NCBI GenBank assembly: GCA_013265495.1
Contig: MU059829.1
Span: forward strand, 4,112,409 to 4,176,408
Reading direction: 5' to 3'
Length of the DNA: 64,000 nt
From: Vicugna vicugna
Taxonomy: Eukaryota
Below are positions 1 to 12,830 of the stretch, in pieces. Every line of letters begins with the position of its first letter. Position 1 is the stretch's first letter. A model generated the notes under the pieces. That model saw only the letters and a program-made list of their open reading frames with translations. It searched no databases and was not told the DNA's origin. The position numbers and the translations under genes were made by a program.

Positions 1-144
1 ACTTTTACTGTGTAAGCTGGGTGCATATTTACCAAAAAAGTTGGTGGAGGTGGAATAACCTCGCCCCTCAGTCAGGGACCAGTGGAAGGACCCAGCGCCG
101 CCTACCCCCACCCGAGGTCGGGTTCCGGGAGCTCTGACGGAGCG

Positions 145-158
145 CCTGCAGGTGGCGG
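145..158 (+). promoter_or_regulatory. Candidate CTCF motif
   Basis: CCTGCAGGTGGCGG fits the CTCF core CCASYAGRKGGCRS with one tolerated deviation. Motif match only. Confidence 0.3.
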
Positions 159-427
159 GAAGCACCCCGAAAGGGCTGCCAGCATCCAGGGCCCCTGCTG
201 AGTCAGGTCCACCTCAGGTCCCGCAGAAACTGGGCGACTGACGGGTGCTTCGCGGAAACTGTGATCTCACGCCTGCGTCTGAGTCAGAAGTAACAGGTGC
301 TCATGCCAGCTCTAGGGCTCGTGAGGTACCCGCATCCTTATCACCTGGGCTGAGACACAGATTCTCAGGAGAGAGGCCCCCTTCCCCCTGGGGCACGGCA
401 GGCGCACCGTCCCCCATGTGAGCAACG

Positions 428-500
428 GGACGAAGTCACACAGCTAAGGTGGAAAATCCGGGCTTCGACTGCAATGTCCTGACCTCAAATGATGTCCGTC
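428..500 (+). mobile_element. MIR SINE core fragment
   Basis: gaagtcacacagctaaggtggaaaatccgggcttcgactgc resembles the recalled MIR core (aaggtcacacagctagtaagtggcagagccgggattcgaacc). Confidence 0.5.
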
Positions 501-3500
501 CTCTAATTAAGAGGACAGGTTTGAAGGCACTGGGTCTCCATCTCAGAAACGGCCGAGACATTCTCAACAGGAGGAGGGGTTGACGTGGCTGTTAAAATGT
601 TGGCAAAACAAAGTTTGCGAAAGAAAAAGAGAGACTCTATGTCTGTGCATCCAGACACATGACATCATGGCTCCGTTCCTGGCTCATGGGAGGTGCTCGC
701 AGACCAGCCATCGCCACGCAGCGCCCCCTGCCCAGGACGCCGGCGCGCGGGGACTACCCAGCTCACGTCGATGCAGCATCACTTTAGTTCACCAAGCAGG
801 ATTTTCACAGCCCTGCGGTCGATGCCAGGAAAGTGGGCCCACCCTCCTAGGGACGAGGACGCTCCGGCAGCCTGAACACGGAGCCTGGGGGATGTGTCCC
901 CCCCGCCTTCCAGGCTGGCTTCTCCCGTCACCCGTCCTGGCAGCTCAGCGACCCGTCTCGAGGACTCTGATAATTGCCAGGGATGTTAAGTGTGATTTCC
1001 CCAGGGTCCCTCCAGGAATGCTCCACGCTGAGCGAGAGGACACCTCCCCCGCAGAGCGGGGCTGCTGACACCTGCGATTAATTCCCTGACGGCAGAGACA
1101 CCACGGCTGCAGCCCCTGCCTCCCCGAGAGCGGATCAGCCCCCCCTGCCCCGGGGGGTGCTCCCGGTCGGGGCTGCTCCGCGGCTGTCTGCAGACACGCT
1201 TGTTTGGGGGCGACGGGCGGGCTTGGTGATACCCTTTCCCTTTTCCCTCTAGTAACACTTACACGACGACCTCGGCCTGTGGTTCTGACGGGCCTCGCTC
1301 TCTGCTCTTTGAGGGCTTTGAGGCCCCCCCAGGGACTGCAGGGCACACGCGTTGTACCGATCCCAAGTGCGTCGTGGAGGAAGGGTTGTGACAGATCCGC
1401 AGGTGTCTGCAGGGTTAGAAGACCTCTCCTCCTGCAGATACAACCTGCTTTTTGCCCACAGTGCTCCTGGGGTCCCACACCCCCGCTCAGAAGCCAGACG
1501 GCCCATCCAATTTCTCATCCACTTCCCGCACGGTTCCCGCACCTCGAGGGAGGCTGCTGGTTTGCTGGATGTGTGTTTCTGGGCACAGAAAAGTTTCCCG
1601 CTTCAGTAGGTCTGTGGTTCCACTGCCTGGCTTTGTCATACTGGTCACGAGTGAGGCCTAAACGCGAAGTCCATCGTGGGAGGCACATCAAACACCATCC
1701 CCTCCAATGACCACAGCCCTCTTGCGAGCTCAGCAAATCCTCTTGCAAAGGTTTGTTCCCAAACCACGCTGTTGAAGGCGGGGCCGCGGCCGTCTGTGCG
1801 TGGAGAAGGCTGGCAGGACCGTTCACCTGTGGTTTATCCCTTGCTGTGGGTCACGGGCTTCTGTGACCAACTGTGCTTCACCCGCAGAGAAAGCCGGCTG
1901 GTACAGAACTGAGAGATGGGTTCTGTCGCCCAGAATGCACAAAGCGTCTTACACGACTGATTTTCCAGACAAACTCCTTTGGGAGCTGAGGGAACGCAAG
2001 CCCCACAGATTTTCCGGAGGAGACGTGAGCTCGCTGCACCTCAGAGCATCATCGGAACACGTGGTCCAGCCGAGGCAGCCCCAAAGTGTGCTTCTGGAGT
2101 CCAGACTAAACCGTGCCGGAATCAAGAAGGGAGGGGGCTGAGGGGTCACCCTCCGGGGGGCAGTGGTCAGCTCCCTCTGAATCCAGCGTGACCCAAACAC
2201 ACCGCAAGGGCAGTCAGACGCGTTCTCCAGGCTAACAGGCCCCGGATGCCCACTGTTGCCCTGGACTTCTTCTCCCAAACTCCACAGCACACGGAACGCA
2301 GCAGACACGCAGAGCAGCTTCGTGTGAGGGCTTTCCATGTGAAAAGCGCCAACGTGTTTTACTATTAACAAAAAATGACTTTCTAGAAACAAAAATAAAA
2401 AGATAAAGTTTCATAAATTCCATACCCAGCATTTTTTATTCCTTCACTCCCCCCTCCCCGGCAACAATTTCAGAAGGCAACGCCGCGTGAATCCTTATGG
2501 GACAATTAAAAATAAACGTGCAGACAGAACTGTGGTTTCCTTGGACTAATCTCTTCACTCCAAGTCCCTTAAATTAACTTGATGTTTCAGCCTCCGTCTT
2601 TCTCAAGGCACGTAGCAGTTCTGGAATATAAGAGCAGTTTCTCAGATTAAATTTGGCAGCTGCTTTTGTAGAGAAAGCAAAGCAAATCAATGAAGAATTT
2701 TTAAGCGTATAATCTTGATCTTGGCAACTGGCCTTTACAAACAGTCTACGCCAGTGGAATACGAAGGAAGGAAAAAGCGGGGGAGAGACACCTGCTCCCG
2801 TCACGAGTGTGTGGTGGAAGCCATGCCAGGTGATCAGAACCCCCGTCGGAGCCGGGGTGACACTGGCGGTGGCCGGCCAGAGTGGGGCCTTCACCACCCT
2901 CAGCCGATTCAAGCACCAAAACAGCCCGTGAAGGGGATCCGATGATGGCTGGTCTCTCCGCTCTATGGACAAAAACACCAGAGCAAAGAAGGAAGGGGGA
3001 CCTTCTGGGGAGAAGCAGGCTGAGGAGGACCAGCCCAAGGTGCTCCGCCCCAGAGGGACAGCCTGCGTGGGCGAGGGCTCCGTCCTCCCAGGGCCCTCCT
3101 GCCCTTCCTCTCCTCTTGTCCGGTGCCTCCTGACTCCAGCTGCTCCTGCTCGGGGCAGGACCAGCCCGGCTGGCGGTGCAGACACACGTCAGAGAGTGGA
3201 CAAATAAATGCTCTGCTCACGGCTAAAAAGTTAAACGTAGTGATTTCCAGCCTTGGGAAACGTCCCGAGAATTTGAACAGGGCCTGAACACAATGGTTCT
3301 AAGCACGCATCAGACTGACAGGAGATGCAGTTTTTACCAACGGCCTGAAGATGTCCAAAGGTGGCTCCGTTTAGCGCCCTACACCTGAGTCCCGAGCGCC
3401 GTGACCTGACGTGTCCAGCGGGGTCGCACTCGCCTCGTCGCCTGCGCCCTCCGGTTACAGGGTCACTTGTTCTGGTGTGCACACACTTCCAGTGCCCTTT

Positions 3501-6500
3501 CCCCGTGGGGTGGGGGGTGGGCGCAGAGACAGACAGCGGCCCTGACGCCCCAGCGCAGGGGCCTGGGGAGAGGCCGGCAACGAGCCCTCGTCACCCTCCT
3601 GTCCTGGTTCCTTGTGCCAAGTGTTGACGAAGCTGCTGTTCCGTTCTTGGTCGAACGTTGTCTTTTGTTTCTAAAGACAAACAGCCATTTAATAACCACT
3701 AAGTTTCTTTTTCCTCGGACGCTACCACTTAAAGCTGCTTCTGAGAGGAAACAAACCGAGTGGGCTCCCGAGACAGGGCTCACTTTAGACGGTCAGCTGC
3801 GGTCTGTCTTCAGCCAAGCCTGGGAGACGGGCGCAGACCTCCCTTGCTCTTACAGCAGCGACCGCTCACCGAGCTCGCGGTCTGACCCTCACCGTAAAGC
3901 CGAGCCCCTGGGCCCGGAGCTGCTCCGGGTTTGCCGAGGGCACCGCGGCCACAGGGCAGGAGGGGCCACGTGCTCTGAACGTAACCCCGGGCTCCTTGGG
4001 CCAGGAGGCCTCCCGCTAGTTGAAAGCATCCCCCACCCGCAAAACACGTCAGCACAGATGACGTCCCCGTGTTGCAGAAAACACACACACGTTCACACAC
4101 ACGTTCGACAGACACGCCTCAGCTCCTCTGTGTAAATGTCATGAAGCCTTTAAATATTTAAACTGTGTTATTATTTTCTTATTATTTGTAGCAAGGACAA
4201 TTTCTAATGCTTATTTTAAGTCCAAATTAAAATCTAACCAAAGGAATTGCAGCTCATTGGGGAAGAAGAGGGATTGAAATCTTTTGCAGACAATCTCATC
4301 TTTAACTGTGCACTGAAACCGATTAATGAGTCATAAAATTATCCCAAAGGCAAATTGCATCTCAGGGGTTTATCTGATCACACAGTCCCACCGCCCGCTT
4401 CGTTAAAAATGAATTATGTTTCACACACGGTCTCTCCACCTTCCACTGGCCCTCCTTCCGCAGCACAGGCCCACTCACTGGTGCGCACCCGGGATTACCC
4501 AGAAGGCCGAGAAGCACCCACAGTGCATCTGGTGCGGCGGGCAGTGAGCCTCGGAGCTCTGACGCTCGGGACACGGCCGCAGACACAGCGTCGGATCATG
4601 ACCTCGAACTCGCGGAGTGAGCAGGACCTAACGGTTTCAGCCACCACAACGAGGGGGGGCTGTGCGGCCTGACAGGCACTAATTATCCCCATGCTGGCAG
4701 TCACACCACAGCGCACAAACGCACCGAAAGGACGTGCCGTGCACCGTGAATCTGCATGTTGTGTGTCGAATGCATTTCAGAATAAATAGACAGACATACA
4801 CTCTTCAGTCCAGAACTGGTGGCCCAATTATCTTGGCTGAGGAGATGAGTGTCGTTTAAGTCTTCTTCTTTTTTTTTTAACGAAACCAAACCATCCTTTT
4901 CTGTCTTGGAGCAAAGGATGCTGGGGGAGTGGACAGGGAGGCCCCTCTGCGCGTGGACGGACTTGGAGGGTTCTCTCTGTCTCCTAAACACCAGCCATCC
5001 TGCGCTGAAGCGGGTTCTCATCAGTGACACACGCGCCTCGGGGCGTTTCCTCAGCCCCCCCCCACCCCGTGGCTACAGGCGGCTGCCCTCAGGAACTATT
5101 TCTTAGTAAGTTGTCATTGTCGTTGTCGGGACGTCTCACACAGGGCCGTGCCCCGCACCACTGAGCGGTTTCCAGGGCACGTTACCCATAGGTCAGTGCA
5201 GCCTTCCTTCCACTGACACGTCCTCAGCAGCTCCTGTACCCCGATCTTCATGGGGCGCTCACTGCGGGTGACCCCGGCCGTCACGGCAGCAGCCACAGCT
5301 CCTGGAATAGGACACGGATGCACGGGACAGCTGCCGACCTGAGCGCCAAGTCCGTGCGTTGGGAGGGGAGCACAGGGGCTGGGTTGGCCTTCACGCTCGT
5401 CCGCGATGAACCTGTGGCCGTCCGGGCTGCGATGGGTCTACAGCCTGAGGTCCTGTTGCCTCAGCCCACACTTATCACATCACAGTTCCTCCTTCGTGGG
5501 ACCTGGAGGCACTGGTCCTGGTCCTCTGCCACCAGGCCTCATCCGGATACAGAAGCAGAGCCAGCCTGCCGCCTGGGCCACGCTCGTGTTCAGGTGGTGG
5601 CCTCCCGTGGAAGGGACACCAGACCGGGCACGTGCGGGGCTGCGGAACGGGAGAGGCCAACTCCCCCGACCGGACACCCGGCCTCCCGTCCTGGGTCCCT
5701 GCAGGGCTGCGTGTGCCCGGCCGTCAGCCCTCGGCTCCAGGCCTTTAGAGCAGGAGGAAGAGTTCTCGAGCGAGTCAGACTGAGCTGGAAGCACCTCCTC
5801 GCCAGGGCCCTCTCCTTAGGAAGCTCCCCTGCAGGGAGGCCTCAAAGCAGCCACTCCAGCTGCTGGGGTCCCAGGCAGGAGTGCTCCCGTAGGAGCCGAG
5901 GGGGCCAGGCGGCGGACAGAGCCAACAGGGTGGGGCAGACGGCGGTGCCGACAGGTCCACGCCTGGACGACTATGGGGTTTCAGTTGAGGAGGACGAGGG
6001 GAGGGCACCACTAACAAAATTCGTACAGAACCAGAGTGGGTGAGTATGGGATGTTCCAGAAGCAGCAAGAGGCTTGATTTGGGTGGAATAAAGGTGGTTT
6101 TGGCCGGAAGGAACGCAGCTGGAGTAACAAACTGGGCCGGGACAGTGTGGCTTCTCGGCTTAGAGACCGAGGCACCTAGCGAGGCCTGACACACAACCTC
6201 TTGCACACTCAGGACACACCACGGGTGTCAAACACCTTCCACAGGACGGTGCCGCACATGCAGTTGTAGCTCAGAAATGTTACAGAGGTTGAGTCAGAAT
6301 GGGAAGAAATCCCTGGCAGGGAGGAGACCAGGGCCGCTGACACGGTCGTGGGGGGAGAGGTGACTTTGAAAATGTTGACAGAATTTTTCATGTTCATTCA
6401 CCTAAAACACTGTGAAAGCAGACTTAACTCACTGGATCTGGGGTTCTGGCTGTGAACCAGGCTAAGTGACCGGAAAAATAATTACTTTTCCAAAACATGC

Positions 6501-8946
6501 CAGGGTCACACCCATTTGCTAGATTCTTCTGAAAGGCCTGAGAATATATTCTAAAGTGTAGGTTTTCAGGTTTCAGACCCCTGACAGTGAGGTCTCTGGT
6601 TTTCTGGAGCACACGACTTAATGCCGACCCGGCCACAACACACGAGCACCTACCCTTCACTGCTCAGGAGCGGGGATCACTGCACACGGCCTTTGCTGGC
6701 AGCCGAGACCCAGTGCTGTGAGAGGGAACCTCAAGAAGGACGCAGTGCCTGGGGCGGCAGTGCGGACACGGGATTTGCCGGAGGAGCAGGACTCGGGCGT
6801 TCCTGCTAACGAAGCCGCGGGTCCTGGAGCGCGTGGACTTCCCCGCCCCGCGTTCAGGGCTTGACTGAAGCCACAGCTCCGCCCCCCACACACGCCGGTG
6901 TCAGGACTTTCGTTCTCCTCCTCGCGACAGACGACTGTGCGTGGCAGCTGTGTCCTGAAAATAAAATACCTCCTGAGAGCCGAAGGCCCTGGGCCCCTCA
7001 GCTTCTGTGCCACGAGCCTCGAACCTGTCAGCGAAGAGAAGGCCGTAACTCAGCCCCCCACACGCAAATGCAGCTCGACTTCTCTGAAGTCACGCCAGGA
7101 CCCTCCGCGGTCTGTTCAGAGACCTCCGCGGCTTCTCTGCACGGACCCTGCCCAGAGGCCGGCAGGGGCTGCCCCACACTGGGCGAGTCGGGGGGACACT
7201 GAGGTCACGGCTGTCCCCCCTCCCAGCACCACCCCCCACTCCCTTCCCTCCTGCCTCCCGCCGTCTCATTTCGCTGTTCCCGTCTGCATTTGTCCACGAC
7301 ACTGACCTGGTGAAGGGGCGTCCCCAGCCTGGCGAGGACCACCTTCACCCCCCAGACCTTCAGGGCAGGAGGGGAAACTGACATGAGTCAGAGAGAAGCA
7401 CGTCCTGGACCTCAGTTTTCTTTATCAGCACGAGGCTGTGATGGTAACGTGGGCTCCGCGGCTTCGTAGAGACGGCCTGGCAAGTCCCTGCGGGAGTAGC
7501 GTCTGCAGGTAACAGGGTGGGCGGCCTGGTCTCCCTGCGCCCCTGGTTTTGTTCTGGGGGTGAGGGGGCCCCGGGCCTGCAGCACCAGGACGGGCGGCTT
7601 TCTAACCAAGTAAACCTATTGCTTGGAACTGAAGCACATCCTTACAAACTGGGGGAGCCTTTGCGCTAAAAGGTTTAAAGCAGAGAATGAATTTACGTTC
7701 ACACTTTGGAACAAACACCTGGAGAGATACGATGGGCAGAAGGAGGGTTCTGGCGGGATGTTCTCGGAGGGACGCAACCGCGGGGAGCGCCCCTTCCACA
7801 CGGCACACGGGAGGCCGCCGCGTCCGCCGCTCCTCTCACGCTGAGCTCCTGGTGGGCGCTCTGCTGCATGGCCTTGGCGTCTGTCCATCTGGACATCTTC
7901 ACAGAAGGAACCAGCGGCGGAGACCACGGCCTCCCACGGCCTCTCTCCTGGTGACCTTGGAGGATCTCTCAGCGCCGTTAGAGCCCCGTCCTCCCTCCCA
8001 CAAAACGGCATCACAAGGTCTGATTCTCCTGGCTCACGGGAGGGCTGGACACACCTGTGTCTTAGTGGAATAACCACACAACGTGAATGGCAGTAGCACC
8101 GCCTGGAAGGTTTTTAAAACCTCACTCCCACGGGGAGGTCCAGCTGTCACCACCAGTCCTCAGGCTGGGGCGCGCGGCAGAGAGAGGGTCAGAGGAGCAG
8201 ACGGAGGGGAGGTGGGTGTCTGCTGGGCACGTCTGCTCAGACCCCGCCCTGGAAGCCCGGCCATCCATCTCCCGTCCCCCCGGATCCCCACTTTGCTTTC
8301 AGGGTGTGGGAGCACGAGGCGGAAAGTTGGGTGAGACGGTGGGGGCGTGCACACCACACCCCAGGTGCGCGGGCACAGTCAGAGGGGCACAGCTAACGGG
8401 TGGCAAGGGCAGAGCCCGTTACCAGAAAACTCTCTTCAGATGCAGGGACTTGATGCTTCTCTCTCTATAAATCCAAGCTCGGGAAAATTCATGAAAATAA
8501 TTTTGGAAGGTACTTAAACGAAGGGAGAACAGCTCTGGGCTTGTGAGACGGGGGGAGAAGGTGCTGCCTGAGGTGTAACAGGTGGTTCTGGGCGGAGGGG
8601 ACGTGGAGGAGGGGAGGGAGGCCGGGCCAGGGCACCGCGTCCCGGCACCCTGTCTAGTCCTCCCAAGGGCCCACTGGCTGAGCTCCGCCTCCGAAGAGGT
8701 ACCGAGGCTCCCAGACGTGAGAGCCACTTGGCTGAAGTTAGAGACTCAGAAATCGCGTCTGGGGGTCAGCCCTGCTCCCCGGCCCCAAGGTTGGCGCCCG
8801 CTTGTGCTTTTCTGGGGTTTGAAGTGGAAAATCTGTTAACACCAGAATGCCCTGCTTACAAACCACATAGTTTCTGGTGTTCTGACGCTACGTGAGTCTG
8901 TTTTCTTCCAGGGGTAACAGTATGTGACTTGGCTGCTCACTGTACA

Positions 8947-9022
8947 CTGTCAAAGTTCATGATCAATTCAAACAGGCGCAAGCACTGATCCTCACACTGA
9001 ACAGCTGACGTTAATGATTAAA
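8947..9022 (+). promoter_or_regulatory. Candidate HNF4 + HNF1 enhancer module
   Basis: DR1-like CTGTCA-A-AGTTCA at 8947-8959 and GTTAATGATTAAA at 9010-9022 (12/13 to the HNF1 consensus GTTAATNATTAAC), in an AT-rich non-repeat island. Confidence 0.45.
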
Positions 9023-9726
9023 CACAGCAACTAGCCTAAGGTGCTTTTCATTAAGGGACGCGGGCCCCGGTGGACGTCGGTGTCTCCGTGGTGACGCCTG
9101 CGTCACACGTGGCCAAAGCTTCATACCCTGGAACTCGGTCACTAAAGGCCAGAGAAACACTAAGTCAGCGGCCGAGTCGAAGCGACTCACAGCACCGCAG
9201 AAGTACAGCAGAGTAACGGCTAGAAGACCTTAAAATAACCACTTCTGCATCTCCGCCAGCACTGACTGTTCCTTCCAGGAGGAGGCTGCTCAGGACAGGA
9301 AGCAAAAAGGAACTGGCAATGGAGCGCGTGCAGAGAGGCTCAGGATGAGGGATGATGGCAACCTGGGGAAACCCCTGAGACAGACGACGGGGCTGGAGCC
9401 CAGCTGCTGCCGGCTTGCTCTCCCAGGGACGGGGTCTGGCGCCCTCGCGGACAATCAGGCAACACGACGCTGGGAGTGCAGCGACTGCTTCCCACCGACG
9501 AGCGACCTGGGGTTCACAATGGTGACTCGGCCACACTTCAGTCCAGGAAGAGAGCCAATCTGAACCCGACCTATTTGTGAAATGGAATAGTCTTCAAGTC
9601 AGCTCCTGGGGGAGACCTCCTTCAGGCACCCTGTTAAACTGTAGGACAGTAAAATAAGTTATTTTTGCAGAAATAGGGGAAGGGGGCATAAAATAAAAAG
9701 GGCGAGCCTAAAGGACGCATTTAAAG

Positions 9727-9739
9727 GGATCAAAGTTCA
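9727..9739 (+). promoter_or_regulatory. Candidate HNF4/DR1 site
   Basis: GGATCA-A-AGTTCA, immediately followed by CCAAT. Confidence 0.35.
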
Positions 9740-12649
9740 CCAATACTCGTCGTGACCTCCTTCACCACAAGGGCAGTGGGAACACAGCAGGTCCCCGGAC
9801 ACTACGGGCTCTCTCACTGCCAGTCTCCTCCCAGTCCAAGGATTCTGTCGGTCCTGATGCAGGCGAGACCCCGCCAGCCCCCGAATGACAGGGCTGGAGG
9901 GGAGCTGGAGGGCTACGTGGAGGGCTGTGTCCCCTTGTCCGCTCGGTGTCAGGGCCCAAGGCCTGGAGGGAACGCCGTTTGGCTTACAGACGAGACAGCT
10001 TTCTTAGTTACCAGCCAAGGGTCTGCAGTGATCGGCTCACGGACGGGGAAGGTTTCGAGCACCGTAATCATACTCATCTCCTTTCCTGAACTTCCGCCTG
10101 GGGAATTTCAGAGATCGATCCTTCCTGAGTCCGTCTCCTCTGGTTCTCAGTCTGTCCTGACAAATCTGTGCTCAGGACGATGACCACCAAGGTGAGACAG
10201 TGCCTGCCCAAGACCACAGGGAGGGGTGGGGGTGCTCAGGAGGGCGGCTGAGCTCTGGAACCAGGACCACGGGCCTCCTTTGTCACAAGTGGACTCGCCT
10301 TTCAGGGAATTAGCCGAGGACCGAAGGACACATCATGCGCATCTTCTCCACATCGTGGTCCCGGGCGCCCAGCGGGTCGTGGGAATCGGCATCGTGCACC
10401 GTGGCTGTTGGCACCACACTCTCCGCGCCTTTAAAACCTTAGCGTGAAAACGGCACTCGGGGCTTGTAATCAGCACAGAGGAAGTAACGGGCGAGTGGTC
10501 TTCAGGCGCCAGAGATGCAGAAGTTCACCAACATCCCCCGGCTTGGTTTCATCAGTAAAGCCTGCATTTTCACATGGATGCTTATAACCTAGTCACGCCG
10601 GACGGTCATCAGCGCTGGAGCATTTCAAAGTCACGAAGCTGCATCCACATCATCTCGGTGCACCGGGCGGTTCTCCAGAATCTCGGTGGCAGAAGCCCTG
10701 CAGGACGCCAGGACTCCACGTCACCGACACCCTCAGTCAAGACACCAGGTCCTGGGATCGCTGGGGGGACAGAGGGGAGGGACATTCTCGGAGGACAGAG
10801 GCGAGCTGAGAGTCTGAGGTATTTCCAGAAAAGATGGCAGATGTGCTTGGGGGGCAAATGGAAACCATCCAAAGCTCCTAGGAGGGAAGGAACACACCCT
10901 GACTTTCAGGAGGAGAGGACGTGCACGTGGTGTCGAGGGAACCTGAACATGTGCTGGACGAGTGGGGCCGAGTCTGTAAGAACACAGCGTTCCCAGAGGG
11001 AGGCATCACTGTGGGCTCGAGGGAAAGGGAGAGCTGGAGAACAGACCGCGATGAAGACCACACTCCACGGGCTGCCTTCCCCGGGCAGCTGGTCATGCCT
11101 GAGACACCTTTGTTGCCATGACCAGAAACTAGCAGAGGAGGCCAGGGACGCTGCCAGACCTCCTGCCACGTGCAGGGCAGCCCCTCCCCAGTAAAGCAGC
11201 TCCCGGTTCAGAACCTGCACGGCACGACTGCCGGGAAACTCCTCAGCAGACCGTTCAGCACCCACGAGCCTCGCTCAGTAATTCTGGGTGACAAGGATCC
11301 CGTGACATCCTCACAACCCCGAACGCCCTCCTGCAGCCTTTGTGCCGTATTTACAACAAAACTGGTGTGTGTGCACTTTGGGAAAGAATTGCAGAAAAAG
11401 AGTCACATTTGATGGAGATTCAAGCCCCACCAGACACACGTCCGTGTGTGCATGTGGGCAAAGTCCTGCCACGGCTGCCCCGTGGCACCAACAGTGGTTT
11501 CCATGAAACGAGCACCACGCAGGGCCGGCGGCTGAGCAGTGCCGAGGCTCTTCCAGCACCCGCAGACTGGGACGTGCTGGCCGAGGGCTTGCTGCGTCTC
11601 CGGAGCTGCAGAGAAAGTGAGCCGCTCGTCGCAGGCCTGGGTGGCTCCCAGCTGGCTTCTGCCCCGTGCACGGTCACAGGTGAAATTCAGAGTTGGTAGG
11701 GCAGTGGCCAGGCCATTTCAGGCAATTTCGGACAAGGACCGGCTTCCACCCCGTTGCACCCTCACACGGGGCGGCAAAGCGCAGCAGGATGACGACACGT
11801 GAAGAAGGGCCGTGCGTGTGAGTGTCAGCACACTGAGCCCGGACTCCGTCAGAAAACGAGGCTGGGTTGACCCAAGCTTCCCCGAGCGCTGCGGGCTGGT
11901 GGCAAGACAGTGAGCTCTTCCTCCTGAGAGAACAGGTGACGGGCAGCCCCACAACCGGCGCCTCCGACTGACAGGAGGTGGACACGTCTTCCCTTCACCT
12001 TCTAAGCGGCACCACCAGGTGTGTGGCCAGTGGCTGGGGGAGCCTGGCCTGTCCTCCCACGCCCGTGGCGCCCAGCGTCCCTCCTCTGGCAAAGGGCCGC
12101 ATAAGGTCGTTAGCGTAGGTCTCCGTGCTCCGAGTCCTGGGACCCAGGCTCTCCTGGGAGACGTCACGGTGTTCGAACAACCTGCTGCCTGCTCTTCTCA
12201 CCAGTTCCCAGGGCTGCATGGTGACGCCTCCGGCGAGGTGGACCCGGTCACGGGGAGGGGCTGGCAGACAGAGCAGCCGAGGTAACACAGCTGCCTGGCT
12301 ACTCCGTCAGGCAAGTGAGGGCCGCCCCCCCGGAAGGTCAGCTGGCTAGAGGAAGGGCTTTCACGTAAACGAGAAAGCGCAACTCCCCAGCCAACCAGAG
12401 CTGGCTCCTCACACAGGGCACGTGAAGCGACCAAGGGAAGGTACGGCAGACCCACCCCCGGCGCCTGCCATGAACTCCCACCTGCCCTCCTACAGCGCTG
12501 CCTCGCCCCGCACGCTTTCTGGGCCCCCGACAGGACCGCTCTGCAGGGCACTCAATGCCGACCGCCTGCCAGACATGCTCTGACAGCTCGGAACACCGGC
12601 GCGCTCGGGGCCAGGGTGGCGCTCACGTCCGCGCGTGGTACTCGCATCC

Positions 12650-12830
12650 CCTTCCGTCCCTGAACAACACCTTCGCTCGCCCCACCTTGGGATTCCAGGC
12701 GGAACACACATCTCTGCTCCCGTAGAAACCGGCCCCTACCCCTGGACTCCTGCTCCCGCCAACGCCCCCTGCAGTCCTCTGCCCCAAACACTCTCGCCCC
12801 GAGACCTTCCATGTGGTCCCACCGCCCAAC
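12650..12830 (+). mobile_element. Possible L2 LINE fragment
   Basis: cttgggattccaggcggaacacacatctc ... ctctcgccccgagaccttccatgtgg resembles the recalled internal L2 consensus. Highly diverged. Confidence 0.35.

Noticed and set aside
5318-6043. 241-aa plus-strand ORF and overlapping ORFs
   Set aside because: No recognisable motif or homology, and the composition is explained by GC content.
10310-10428. Minus-strand exon-like peptide AESVVPTATVHDADSHDPLGARDHDVEKMRMM
   Set aside because: Weak acceptor and no homology recognised. Linking it to other candidate exons would be over-fitting.
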